NCBI GenBank assembly: GCA_963778655.1
Contig: CAVZVA010000008.1
Span: 32,001 to 96,000 of the forward strand
Direction of reading: 5' to 3'
Source of the DNA: an uncultured delta proteobacterium
Lineage (GTDB): Bacteria; Myxococcota_A; Polyangia; Polyangiales; JAFGIB01
DNA: 64,000 nt
Shown: in pieces, positions 39,303 through 48,071 of the stretch
Position numbering within the stretch: position 1 is the first letter of the stretch
Layout of the letters: every line of letters begins with the position of its first letter
Notes under the pieces: model-generated
Seen by the model: the letters and a program-made list of their open reading frames with translations, nothing else
Told to the model about the DNA's origin: nothing
Databases searched by the model: none
Translations under genes and position numbers: made by a program

Positions 39303-42300
39303 CGCTCGCGCCTTGCGTCGAAGAATGGTCCGAATACGCGGTCGGCCACGGTCGCGAAGTCGGGTCCGTCACGTGGCTCGATCAGGCGGTCGAAGCCGGG
39401 GTAGGCCGCGAGCACGTAGGGGTCCGAGCGACCTGCGTCCTCTGGTTTGTAGAAGAGGCCTTTGCCGGTGGTCAAGGCGCGCCCGGCATCGTGGTATCGG
39501 GCCAGGCTCTGCACGTAGGCCCGCGAGACCTCGTACACGAAGGGCAGGGGCGCGCGCCGCGCCTCGCGCACCAGTCCGATCAGCGTGCACAGCTCCTTTT
39601 CGGGATCCTGCCGCGGCTCGAACCTGACGACTTTGACCTCGCGCTTGGCCGCTCCCTTTGGATCCTTGACCTGCGGCGCCACCACCACGCTGCTGCGCGG
39701 ATAGCCCGCGCGCGGCGCGCGCTGCAGGCAGGATCCCAGCACCAGGTGGCGAATGAAGTGGCCGAGCTCGAAGCGCCGGCCGAGCCGGGAGTTGCTCAGG
39801 CACAGGTGCGCCTCCGGCCACAGCTCGCGCAGCTCGCCGGTCAGCCGCACGCCATCGAGCTCGAGGTCCACCGCCAGCGGCGGCAGGCGCTCGCCCCGGC
39901 GATGCGGGGCGGCGGCCTCGGCCAGCTCTTCGATCTCGGGCACCAGGCGCTGGTACGCGACCAGCCCCACGCTGCCCAGCGGTAGCGCGCCCGACCCGCG
40001 TGCCGCCGGCAGCAAGTCTGAAAGCGCGTGCCCCTGAAGCGCCTGCTCGAGCAGCGTGCTTCCGAGCTTCCAGCGATCGAGCCCCGCGAGCTCGACCGGC
40101 TCGCGCTCGGCCAGCGGCTCGAGGTCGTCTTCGAAGTACAGCCCGAGCTGCGTGCGTAGCAGGCACTGGATCGGCTTGCTGATCCACTCGAACAGCTCCT
40201 CGATCGTCAGCGCGCGCAGCTCGTCCTGAACAGGCAATGGCCGCTCGATCAACCTCCGCTCGGGCCGCTGCTGGCCGAAGCCTCGTGCCGCTTCGCAGTA
40301 GAGCCCCGCATAGCTGAACAGCCGCGACCCTGGCTCGGGCCGAAAGTACTGCGGGCTGAAGGCGTGCAGGCGCTGCAGCGTGCACAGCCGCGCCTCCACC
40401 CCGGCGCGCCGCGCCAGCGGTCCCTGCGCCGCGGCGTCCCCGTCGGCATCGAAGCCCTGCGCCACGGCGTCGAGCAGCTCACCGACCACCACCGACGGCG
40501 GCAACACGCGGTTGTCGTGGATACCGCGGCCCACGTAGCTGATGATCACGCGCTCGCGCGCGGCCAGCAGCGCCTCGAGGAACATGTAGCGGTCGTCGTC
40601 GCGGCGGCTGCGGTCGCCCGCGCGGCGCTGTCCCGGCGCGGCGCTGCGGTCGAAGCCCAGCACGGCGTTGCGGCCGGGGAAGCTCTCGTCGTTCATCCCG
40701 ATCAGGCACACCACCTTGAACGGAATGCTGCGCATGGGCACCAGCTGGCAGAAGCCGATACCGCCCGAGAGCAAGCCGCGCGCCGGCAGCCGCTGGTCGA
40801 GCGCCTGCTCGAGCTGCGCCTGCAGCGTGAGCAGCGAGAGCGGCTCTGCGAACCCGCCGGCGGTGGCCGTCTCCACCAGCGCCTGCAGCGCGCCGGCCAC
40901 CAGCTGTCGCTGCTGCGCGGTGCCGGGCGCGTCGTCGAGGAAGTCGTCCAGCAGCGCCAGCAGCGCATCCCGCCACGCGGGCAATGGCCGCGCCTGCTGC
41001 AGCGCGCCGCGGTGGCGGAACAGCCGCGCGCACAGCTCGCACAGCTTGCCGAGCAGCTCGGCCGCGCCGCCCTCGATCTCGTCGAACGGAAGCGCGCCCG
41101 CGTACAGCGCCTTGTCGTCGCCCTCCATCGCGTAGCCCAGCAGCATGCGCTCGAGGCCGAAGCGCCAGGTGTTGCCCGCCAGCGCCGGCTGGCCGAGCTC
41201 GGCGCGGTGCTCGGCATCCTGTCCCCAGCGGATGCCACTGCGCTCGACCCAGCCCCGCAGCTGGTCGAGCTCCTCGCTCGCGATTTCGAAGCGCCGGCGC
41301 ACGCAGTCCAGGCTCAGCAAATCGAGCACGGCGCTCGCGCTCAGCCGGCCGCACAGCGTGTCGAGCAGCGCGTAGAACGCGTCCACCGCCTCGTGGGTGG
41401 TGCGGGTCTTGCGGTCCGCGACCGAGAACGGCAGCGCAGGCCGGCCGAGCTTCTGCCCGAACACCGCCTCGATCACCGGTGCATAGGCCTCGATGTCCGG
41501 CGTCATCACCACGATGTCATGCGGCTCGATGCGCGGGTCCTGCAGCACCTCGACCAGCTGATCGTGCAGCACCTCGAGCTCGCGCATCGCCCCGTGGCAG
41601 ACGTGGATGCTCAGCGACGCGTCGTCCTGCGCGATCGGAAGCCGCGGCGTGGGATCGCCCTGCGCACCGCGGTTGCGCAGCGCGAGCACGTCCGACTGCA
41701 GCGCGTGCAGCAAGCAGCCGGTGCCGGTATCGACGAACAGCTCTTCCTCGCCCTGCACGTGCTCGGCGCGCTCCTCCAGCACGCGCTGGAAGTCGCGCCC
41801 GAGGCGCCCCAGCGACGCCAGCAGCGGGTGGCCCTCCTCCTGCAGCTCCGCGCCCGCGGCGCGCCGCCCGCGGATGTCCGCGAAGTAGGCCCGCGACGGG
41901 GCCAGCACGAACAGGTGCGTCTCCACCTGCGCCGCGAGCGCGGAGAGCACGCTGACGTAGAGCGGCGGCAGACTGGAGATGCCGAACAGAGACAGCCGCT
42001 CCGGCAGCGCGGCGCGCCGCGCGGGGCTGGCCTGCAGCGCGGCGATGAAGCGCTGCGCGCGCGCCGCCTGGTGGCCGCGCCCCAGCCGCTGCACCAACTC
42101 GCGCCACAGCCGCGCGTCCCAGCTCTGCTCCTCGCCGCGCTCCCAGGAAAGCAGCAGCTCCGGGCGATAGACCGTGTAGTCGTCGAGCACGCGCGCGATG
42201 CGCTGCGCCAGCGCCACGCGCCGCGCCGCATCGCGGTCGCCCTCCAGGTAGCCCGCGATCGGCGCGAACGCCGGCTCGTCGAGCAGCTCCGGTAGCAGCC

Positions 42301-42607
42301 CCGCGATCGCCCAGGTCAGCGCTTGCTGCTCGAAGGCCGCGCTGTGCTCGGGCGGCTCGCCCAGCACCATGTCGAACAGCTGTGAGAGCAGGTGCCGCGG
42401 GAAGGGAAAGCGCGCGTTGGCGAACACCGCGAGCCGCCGGCTGAGCTCCATCGCCAGCCAGCGCTCCATGCCCTTGCTCTGCACCACGATCAGCTCGGGC
42501 GCGAACGGATCCGCCTGCGGCCGGCGCACCAGCTCCGACAGCTTGTCCACCAGCCGTTCGCTGCGGTTGCTGCGGTAGAGAAACACGCGCGGGCCCCCGG
42601 CGAGCAT
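39299..42607 (-). CDS. recC: Exodeoxyribonuclease V gamma subunit
   Basis: YRSNRSE.L, VVQSKGMERWL, HPLLASLG, RELEVLHDQL, PMRSIPFKVV, DDRYMFLEAL. Confidence 0.96.
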   Translation of the reverse strand: MLAGGPRVFLYRSNRSERLVDKLSELVRRPQADPFAPELIVVQSKGMERWLAMELSRRLAVFANARFPFPRHLLSQLFDMVLGEPPEHSAAFEQQALTWAIAGLLPELLDEPAFAPIAGYLEGDRDAARRVALAQRIARVLDDYTVYRPELLLSWERGEEQSWDARLWRELVQRLGRGHQAARAQRFIAALQASPARRAALPERLSLFGISSLPPLYVSVLSALAAQVETHLFVLAPSRAYFADIRGRRAAGAELQEEGHPLLASLGRLGRDFQRVLEERAEHVQGEEELFVDTGTGCLLHALQSDVLALRNRGAQGDPTPRLPIAQDDASLSIHVCHGAMRELEVLHDQLVEVLQDPRIEPHDIVVMTPDIEAYAPVIEAVFGQKLGRPALPFSVADRKTRTTHEAVDAFYALLDTLCGRLSASAVLDLLSLDCVRRRFEIASEELDQLRGWVERSGIRWGQDAEHRAELGQPALAGNTWRFGLERMLLGYAMEGDDKALYAGALPFDEIEGGAAELLGKLCELCARLFRHRGALQQARPLPAWRDALLALLDDFLDDAPGTAQQRQLVAGALQALVETATAGGFAEPLSLLTLQAQLEQALDQRLPARGLLSGGIGFCQLVPMRSIPFKVVCLIGMNDESFPGRNAVLGFDRSAAPGQRRAGDRSRRDDDRYMFLEALLAARERVIISYVGRGIHDNRVLPPSVVVGELLDAVAQGFDADGDAAAQGPLARRAGVEARLCTLQRLHAFSPQYFRPEPGSRLFSYAGLYCEAARGFGQQRPERRLIERPLPVQDELRALTIEELFEWISKPIQCLLRTQLGLYFEDDLEPLAEREPVELAGLDRWKLGSTLLEQALQGHALSDLLPAARGSGALPLGSVGLVAYQRLVPEIEELAEAAAPHRRGERLPPLAVDLELDGVRLTGELRELWPEAHLCLSNSRLGRRFELGHFIRHLVLGSCLQRAPRAGYPRSSVVVAPQVKDPKGAAKREVKVVRFEPRQDPEKELCTLIGLVREARRAPLPFVYEVSRAYVQSLARYHDAGRALTTGKGLFYKPEDAGRSDPYVLAAYPGFDRLIEPRDGPDFATVADRVFGPFFDARRER

Positions 42608-42648
42608 ACGGCTTTCGCGCCTTCCGGCCAGCCTTCATGCCGGCCAGA

Positions 42649-42677
42649 TTGACACCCGCTCCCCCCGCGACTAGCGT
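42649..42677 (+). promoter_or_regulatory. sigma70-type promoter for nuoD
   Basis: TTGACA-17 bp-TAGCGT, 16 bp before the ATG. Confidence 0.6.
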
Positions 42678-42693
42678 ATCTCGCCACATCGCC

Positions 42694-43908
42694 ATGGAGC
42701 CGATCGAAGACTACGAAGACGAGGGCGCGCTCGAGCTGCCGGCCGAGCCGATGCGCCTCAACATCGGCCCGTCGCACCCGGCGATGCACGGCACCATCCG
42801 CATGATCGTCGACCTCGACGGCGAGGTCATCCGCAACCTCGACATCCATCCCGGCTACCTGCACCGCGGCTTCGAGAAGAGCTGCGAGCGTGGCACCTGG
42901 GCCCAGGTCTATCCCTACACCGACCGGCTCAACTACAACTCGCCGATGCTCAACAACGTCGGCTTCTCGCTGGCGGTCGAGAAGTTGATCGGCATCGAGG
43001 TGCCGGAGCGCTGCAAGGTCTACCGCGTGATCCTGGGCGAGCTGGCGCGCGTCGCCGATCACCTCACCTGCAACGGCGCGATGGCGATGGAGCTGGGGGC
43101 GTTCACGCCCTTCCTGTGGATGATCAAGGTCCGCGACTGGATCTGGGACATTCTCGAACGCGAGACCGGCGCGCGCATGACCCACAGCTTCGGCCGCATC
43201 GGCGGCATGGCCAAGCCGCCCACGCCCGAGCTCAAGCCGGCCGTGCGCGACATCCTGCCGGACGTCGAGCGCGTGCTGCACGAGTCCGAGGCGCTGCTGG
43301 TGCGCAACCGCATCTTCGTCGACCGCGTGCAGGGGGTCGGCGTGCTGAGCAAGCAGGATGCGCTCTCGCTCGGTGTGACGGGCCCCATGCTGCGTGCGTG
43401 CGGCGTGGACTACGACGTGCGCAAGGCCAACCCGTACCTCGACTACGAGACCTACGACTTCGAGATCCCGATCGGCCACGACGGCGACACCTACGATCGC
43501 TTCATGGTGCGGATGGAGGAGACGCGGCAGTCCTGCAAGATCCTGGCGCAGGCGGTCGAGCGCCTGGCCGACGACGGCCCGATCAACGTCGACGATCCCC
43601 GCATCGTGCTGCCGGACAAGCACGAGGTCTACACCACGATCGAGGGCACCATCGCCCACTTCAAGCTGGTGATGGAAGGCGTCAAGCCGCCGCGCGGCGA
43701 GGTCTACGGCTACACCGAGGGCGCCAACGGGGAGCTGGGCTATTACATCGTCTCCGACGGCAGTGGCACGCCCTACCGCGTGCACTGCCGCGCGCCGAGC
43801 TTCATCAATCTGCGCTCCGCCGATCCGATGCTGCGCGGAACCATGATCGCCGACGTGGTGCCGATCTTCGGCTCGGTCAACATGATCGGCGGCGAGTGCG
43901 ACCGCTGA
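42694..43908 (+). CDS. nuoD: NADH-quinone oxidoreductase subunit D (stand-alone)
   Basis: NIGPSHPAMHG, GYLHRGFEK, YTDRLNY, GVTGPMLRA, GELGYY, RAPSF, GECDR. Confidence 0.94.
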   Translation: MEPIEDYEDEGALELPAEPMRLNIGPSHPAMHGTIRMIVDLDGEVIRNLDIHPGYLHRGFEKSCERGTWAQVYPYTDRLNYNSPMLNNVGFSLAVEKLIGIEVPERCKVYRVILGELARVADHLTCNGAMAMELGAFTPFLWMIKVRDWIWDILERETGARMTHSFGRIGGMAKPPTPELKPAVRDILPDVERVLHESEALLVRNRIFVDRVQGVGVLSKQDALSLGVTGPMLRACGVDYDVRKANPYLDYETYDFEIPIGHDGDTYDRFMVRMEETRQSCKILAQAVERLADDGPINVDDPRIVLPDKHEVYTTIEGTIAHFKLVMEGVKPPRGEVYGYTEGANGELGYYIVSDGSGTPYRVHCRAPSFINLRSADPMLRGTMIADVVPIFGSVNMIGGECDR

Positions 43909-43929
43909 CGAGGCTCCGGCTCGCGTCGT

Positions 43930-44559
43930 TCAAGGTTGCGGCTCGGGTGGCTGGGCCTCCACGCAGTGCTCGTGCCAGAACTCGGGGTGGCGCGACCGGT
44001 CCGCCAGGTCGAGGCTCGCGCTCAGCAGTTGATTCTTGGTCAGCTTGCACTCGTAGCGCGCCGGGTTCTCCGCGCGCAGCGAGGCCAGCGCGGCCTGCCG
44101 GCTGCTCTCGATCTCGTCGTCGGTCTTGCCGCCGCGCTTGAGCAGGACGGCCCATTTCGGCTTGACCCTGGCGTCGATCGCGACGCGGTCGCGGTACACC
44201 AGGCAGTCGGCGCCGCGGCTGCCGGCAATCGTGTAGCGGGACTCGATGTGCGCCACGACTCCGAACGCGGACCTCTTTTCGGTGTCGGTCACGACTGCAG
44301 GTGCGCAGCGCTCGGCCTGCGCCAGAAAACAGTCGAGGTCTTCGTCGCACAGCGCCTGTCCGCCGTCGTCCTTGGGATAGCTCTTGCTGAGATCGAGCTT
44401 GCGCGCGGCCAGGCGCGAGCTGAGATTCGAGTAGTCGCCTTGCTGCTCGCGCGCCGGTGCGGCACCTCCGAGGGCGGCGGGCTGGCCGTCGACGCAGCCT
44501 TTGCAGCCGACTGCCAGCACCAGTCCGAACAGCACTGCCGTGGGCAACGCGTCACGCAT
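43930..44559 (-). CDS. Hypothetical Cys-rich lipoprotein
   Basis: Lipobox LAVGC; several paired Cys. Confidence 0.6.
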   Translation of the reverse strand: MRDALPTAVLFGLVLAVGCKGCVDGQPAALGGAAPAREQQGDYSNLSSRLAARKLDLSKSYPKDDGGQALCDEDLDCFLAQAERCAPAVVTDTEKRSAFGVVAHIESRYTIAGSRGADCLVYRDRVAIDARVKPKWAVLLKRGGKTDDEIESSRQAALASLRAENPARYECKLTKNQLLSASLDLADRSRHPEFWHEHCVEAQPPEPQP

Positions 44560-44632
44560 CCGCGCGGAGTCTACTCCGCAGCGGCGGCTTCGCCAGCTCG
44601 GAGCTTTTGTCCTATGCTTCGCCCCGAAGCTC

Positions 44633-45283
44633 ATGGATTCGTCCACGCTGCTGCGCAACGTCTTCCTGCTGATTCCGCTGGTGCTGTCGCTGTCCGTTCA
44701 CGAATGGGCGCACGCGTATAGCGCCTACCGGCTCGGCGACGACACCGCCGCGCGCCTGGGCCGGCTCACGCTCAACCCCATCTCGCACATCGACCCGGTC
44801 GGGACCTTGCTGCTGCCGCTGCTCGGCGTGCCCTTCGGTTGGGCCAAGCCGGTGCCGGTCAACCCCGCGCGCTTCGACCGCAAGGTCTCGATGCGCACTG
44901 GGATGATGATCACGGCGTCAGCCGGGCCGGTGTCGAACCTGGTGCTGGCCGTGCTGTGCGTGGTGGTGATCGGGGGGATGTGGCGTTTCGGCCTGCGCAA
45001 CGAGGCGCTCGAGCGGCTGCTCGGGACGAGCTTCGAGCTCAACGTCGCGCTGGCCGTGTTCAACATGCTGCCGATTCCGCCGCTCGATGGCAGCCGGGTG
45101 GCCGACGGCCTGATGCCGAGTCGCTTCCGTCCCGCCTGGGAGCAGTTCGCCAGGGTAGGGCCGCTGGCGCTGCTCGCGGTCATCTTCCTGCCGCAGGTGC
45201 TGCACGTCGACCTGCTGGGCTGGCCGCTCACGCAGGCCTATCAGCTGGCCTTCCAGCTGCTGCACGTGATCGTCGCGACTTAG
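44633..45283 (+). CDS. Site-2 protease (M50) family
   Basis: HEWAH, NPISHIDP, GWAKPVP, AGP.SN, FNMLPIPPLDG. Confidence 0.93.
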   Translation: MDSSTLLRNVFLLIPLVLSLSVHEWAHAYSAYRLGDDTAARLGRLTLNPISHIDPVGTLLLPLLGVPFGWAKPVPVNPARFDRKVSMRTGMMITASAGPVSNLVLAVLCVVVIGGMWRFGLRNEALERLLGTSFELNVALAVFNMLPIPPLDGSRVADGLMPSRFRPAWEQFARVGPLALLAVIFLPQVLHVDLLGWPLTQAYQLAFQLLHVIVAT

Positions 45284-45744
45284 TGATTCGGGGAGGCACG
45301 CGCCTCCCCTCCCCATCGAGCCAAGCTCGCTGGGGCCCCTGCCCACGCGTAGGGGAGCTGCGCTCCCCTCTCGCGGCGAAGCCGCGATTCACCCCTCGCG
45401 ACTTAGTGATTCGGGGAGGCACGCGCCTCCCCTCCCCATCGAGCCAAGCTCGCTGGGGCCCCTGCCCACGCGTAGGGGAGCTGCGCTCCCCTCTCGCGGC
45501 GAAGCCGCGATTCACCCCTCGCGACTTAGTGATTCGGGGAGGCACGCGCCTCCCCTCCCCATCGAGCCAAGCTCGCTGGGGCCCCTGCCCACGCGTAGGG
45601 GAGCTGCGCTCCCCTCTCGCGGCGAAGCCGCGATTCACCCCTCGCGACTTAGTGATTCGGGGAGGCACGCGCCTCCCCTCCCCATCGAGCCAAGCTCGCT
45701 GGGGCCCCTGCCCACGCGTAGGGGAGCTGCGCTCCCCTCTCGCG
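45273..45744. repeat. Perfect 123-bp tandem array (about 3.8 copies) of GC hairpins, family-A related
   Basis: tagtgattcg recurs at 45281, 45404, 45527, 45650; units look identical with no spacers. Confidence 0.95.
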
Positions 45745-45801
45745 AGCCCAACGGTGCGCATATCCGCCGGCTGGTGAACCCTAACGCGCGTCAGAGGCCG
45801 G

Positions 45802-46146
45802 CTACGCCATGCGGCGCTGGTGCGCCTCCAGGATCTTCTGCTTCAGCTCCTGCTGGGCGCTGCTCGCTTCCGCGCCCGCGCTGACGGTGATCAGGCGCGC
45901 CTTGACGTCGCGCGCGAGCGCGTCGAACTCGGCCGCGTCGAAGGTGTAGAGGTCTTCGCTCATCACGATCGCGAACGGCCACAGCTCGGCCACCTTGGTG
46001 GGTGCATCGCGCAGCTCGCAGGAGACGATTTCCGCCACCGGAACCACGCGCGAGGCCGCGCGGGCTAGCTCGATCAAAGTCTGCGGGCCACCGACCACCA
46101 GCACGGTGCTCGCGGGATTGGTCTCCAGCGTGTTGCGTTGCGCCAC
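45802..46146 (-). CDS. Small hypothetical alpha/beta protein (receiver-like topology)
   Basis: TVLVVGG..WPFAIVMSED; genome-typical codon usage; GTG start estimated. Confidence 0.55.
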   Translation of the reverse strand: MAQRNTLETNPASTVLVVGGPQTLIELARAASRVVPVAEIVSCELRDAPTKVAELWPFAIVMSEDLYTFDAAEFDALARDVKARLITVSAGAEASSAQQELKQKILEAHQRRMA

Positions 46147-46321
46147 GCGCCCCAGTGTACCATCCCGCCGCCGCGGTACGGCCACCTTCCCACGATCGGG
46201 CCAGCTCGCCCGGCTACATCGGTGCAGACACGGCGCAGGTGTGGGTCCACGGTCGCGCGCAGGCACGGCAAGCCTCTCGGGATCGCGCGGCCAGCCCGCT
46301 GTGCAAGGCCGGCTCGTGCCC

Positions 46322-46732
46322 TCAGGCCGATTCGCGCTCGACCAGATCCGAGAGCACCCGCAGCGCGTCGGTCGTGGTGAACAGCCCGACCACCGCGCCT
46401 TGCTCGTCGGTCACCACCGCGCAGCCGAACTTCTCGCGCGCCATGTGCTTGGCCACTTCCCACAGCGGCGCGTCCGGGGTGACCGCGTAGGGCTCGGGCG
46501 TCATCGCTTCCGCGACGCAGATCTGCTCCCATTCCTCGGGCAGCAGCGACTCGATCATCGCCAGATCCCGATCGGTCACCACGCCCGTCAGCTCGTCGCC
46601 GTCCATCACGGGCAGGTGCCGGATCCCGTGCTCCTGCATGAGCTTGACCGCGTCCTCGAGGTCGGCGTCGAGCTGGACGCAGACCGGCATGGCGCTCATG
46701 TGATCCCCGACTCGGCGTGGGCGTTCCGTCAT
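46322..46732 (-). CDS. CBS domain pair protein
   Basis: VGDHMS, HGIRHLPV, GVVTDRDL, VAEAMT, GLFTTTD. Confidence 0.92.
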   Translation of the reverse strand: MTERPRRVGDHMSAMPVCVQLDADLEDAVKLMQEHGIRHLPVMDGDELTGVVTDRDLAMIESLLPEEWEQICVAEAMTPEPYAVTPDAPLWEVAKHMAREKFGCAVVTDEQGAVVGLFTTTDALRVLSDLVERESA

Positions 46733-46844
46733 GGCCGACCCCTCTGTGTGCCGTACTGGCGTGACGTAACCGCTTTGCGCGCCCCGTCAAGCGGACCGCG
46801 TCCCCCGGCGGTCGAAGCCGCTGCGGCTGGCGTATGCTCCCCGC

Positions 46845-47960
46845 GTGCGACGCCGCCTCCTCGTTCTGGTCTTCGCGCTGTGCGCGGCGAGCCCGGCCTG
46901 TGCCCCGGCACCGGCGCTGCGCGCGCCCACCGCTGCCCGGGCTGTGCGACCCGCGCCGCTGGCCGCGCCCTGGCCCGAGGCCGACCGGCTGTTCCATCGC
47001 GACCCACGCTGGCTGGGCGGCGACGCCGCCATCAGCATCGCGCTGCCGCAGCAGCGCGTGCTGTGGCTGTTCGGCGACAGCTTCGTCGCCCCCGCCGCCT
47101 CGGCCGGCGGCTCGCGTCGCGGCGCCGCATTCGTGCGCAACAGCGTGGCATTGCAGCAGGGACGCGATCCCAGCCGTGCCGAGCTGCGCTTCTACGCCGG
47201 CACTGGCGCGGACGGCGCGCCAGCCTCCTTCTTTACCGGCGAGGACGGCGCCTGGTACTGGCCCGGACACGGACTCTTGCTCGACGGCGCGCTCACCGTG
47301 TTCCTCGAGCGCATGCAGGCCGACCCGAGCCCCGGCGGGCTCGGCTTTCGCAACGCGGGCTGGACGGCGGTGCGCATCGACGACCCCGAGGCCGAGCCGA
47401 GCGTCTGGCGCCCTGTCGCGCTGCCGACACCCGACACCGGCGCGCTCGGCCTGGTCGGGGTCTCGGTGTTGCTCGAAGGCGACTACGTATATGCGTATGC
47501 GGTGCGCGAGCCCGGAGACCACGCGATCATGCTGCTGCGTTGGACACGCGCGGATTTCGCGCGCGGCGCGCTGATGAAGCCACAGTACTGGCTCGGCGCC
47601 GGGCGCGGCTTCGGCTCGGGGCCGCCCGCGGTGGTGCTGGCCGAGGGGGCGGCGGAGCTGTCGGTGTCGGCCGACCCGAGCGGCGGCTATTTCGAGGTGC
47701 AGAGCCGCGGCTTCGGGGCCGCGCCGATCGTGCTGCGCCGATCGGCGGCGCTGGTTGGCCCGTTCGGCGCGCCGATCGAGCTGCTGCCCGCGCCCCGGAC
47801 CGCGCCACCCGACCTGCTGCTGTACGCCGGTCGTGCGCACCCCGAGCTGCAAGGCGCGGAGCTGATCGTCACCTACGCCACCAACAGCCTCGACCAGCAG
47901 CGGCTGATGCGCGACAGCGCGCTCTACTACCCCCGCTTCCTGCGCGCCCGGTTGCCTTGA
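46845..47960 (+). CDS. Exported DUF4185/DUF5005-like beta-propeller protein
   Basis: Signal or lipoprotein N-terminus; WLGGD..SI.L...RVLWLFGDSF, RNS, WYWPG, Y..RAHPEL, TYATN, YYPRF. Confidence 0.65.
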   Translation: MRRRLLVLVFALCAASPACAPAPALRAPTAARAVRPAPLAAPWPEADRLFHRDPRWLGGDAAISIALPQQRVLWLFGDSFVAPAASAGGSRRGAAFVRNSVALQQGRDPSRAELRFYAGTGADGAPASFFTGEDGAWYWPGHGLLLDGALTVFLERMQADPSPGGLGFRNAGWTAVRIDDPEAEPSVWRPVALPTPDTGALGLVGVSVLLEGDYVYAYAVREPGDHAIMLLRWTRADFARGALMKPQYWLGAGRGFGSGPPAVVLAEGAAELSVSADPSGGYFEVQSRGFGAAPIVLRRSAALVGPFGAPIELLPAPRTAPPDLLLYAGRAHPELQGAELIVTYATNSLDQQRLMRDSALYYPRFLRARLP

Positions 47961-48019
47961 TGCAACCGGTCCCGAGCTGAAGATCCAGAGGAATCCGGGA
48001 AGCTGAGATCGAAGCTCCT

Positions 48020-48044
48020 CTTCGCGCCTTCCTGTTGAATCCTC
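48020..48044 (-). repeat. Family-B repeat, inverted copy
   Basis: Reverse complement gaggattcaacaggaaggcgcgaag vs gaggatgcaacaggaagacgggaag at 16981. Confidence 0.65.
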
Positions 48045-48071
48045 GCAACGCGAGCTGCGGCCCGGAAGCGC

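Noticed and set aside
33724..42607. recCBD as a defence island or novel helicase-nuclease
   Set aside because: Canonical order, sizes and motifs of housekeeping RecBCD. Only the RecD insert is unusual.
42694..43908. Group 4 [NiFe]-hydrogenase large subunit
   Set aside because: Lacks both CxxC Ni-binding motifs and has the complex I HPxxHG and DRLxY motifs.
45273..45744. CRISPR array
   Set aside because: Units are identical over the whole 123 bp, with no unique spacers and no cas genes in the window.
44839..45777. ORFs 44839-45777(+) and 45228-45761(-) encoding 41-aa repeats
   Set aside because: They are open only because the unit length is a multiple of 3 in GC-rich DNA, and they overlap the real M50 gene.
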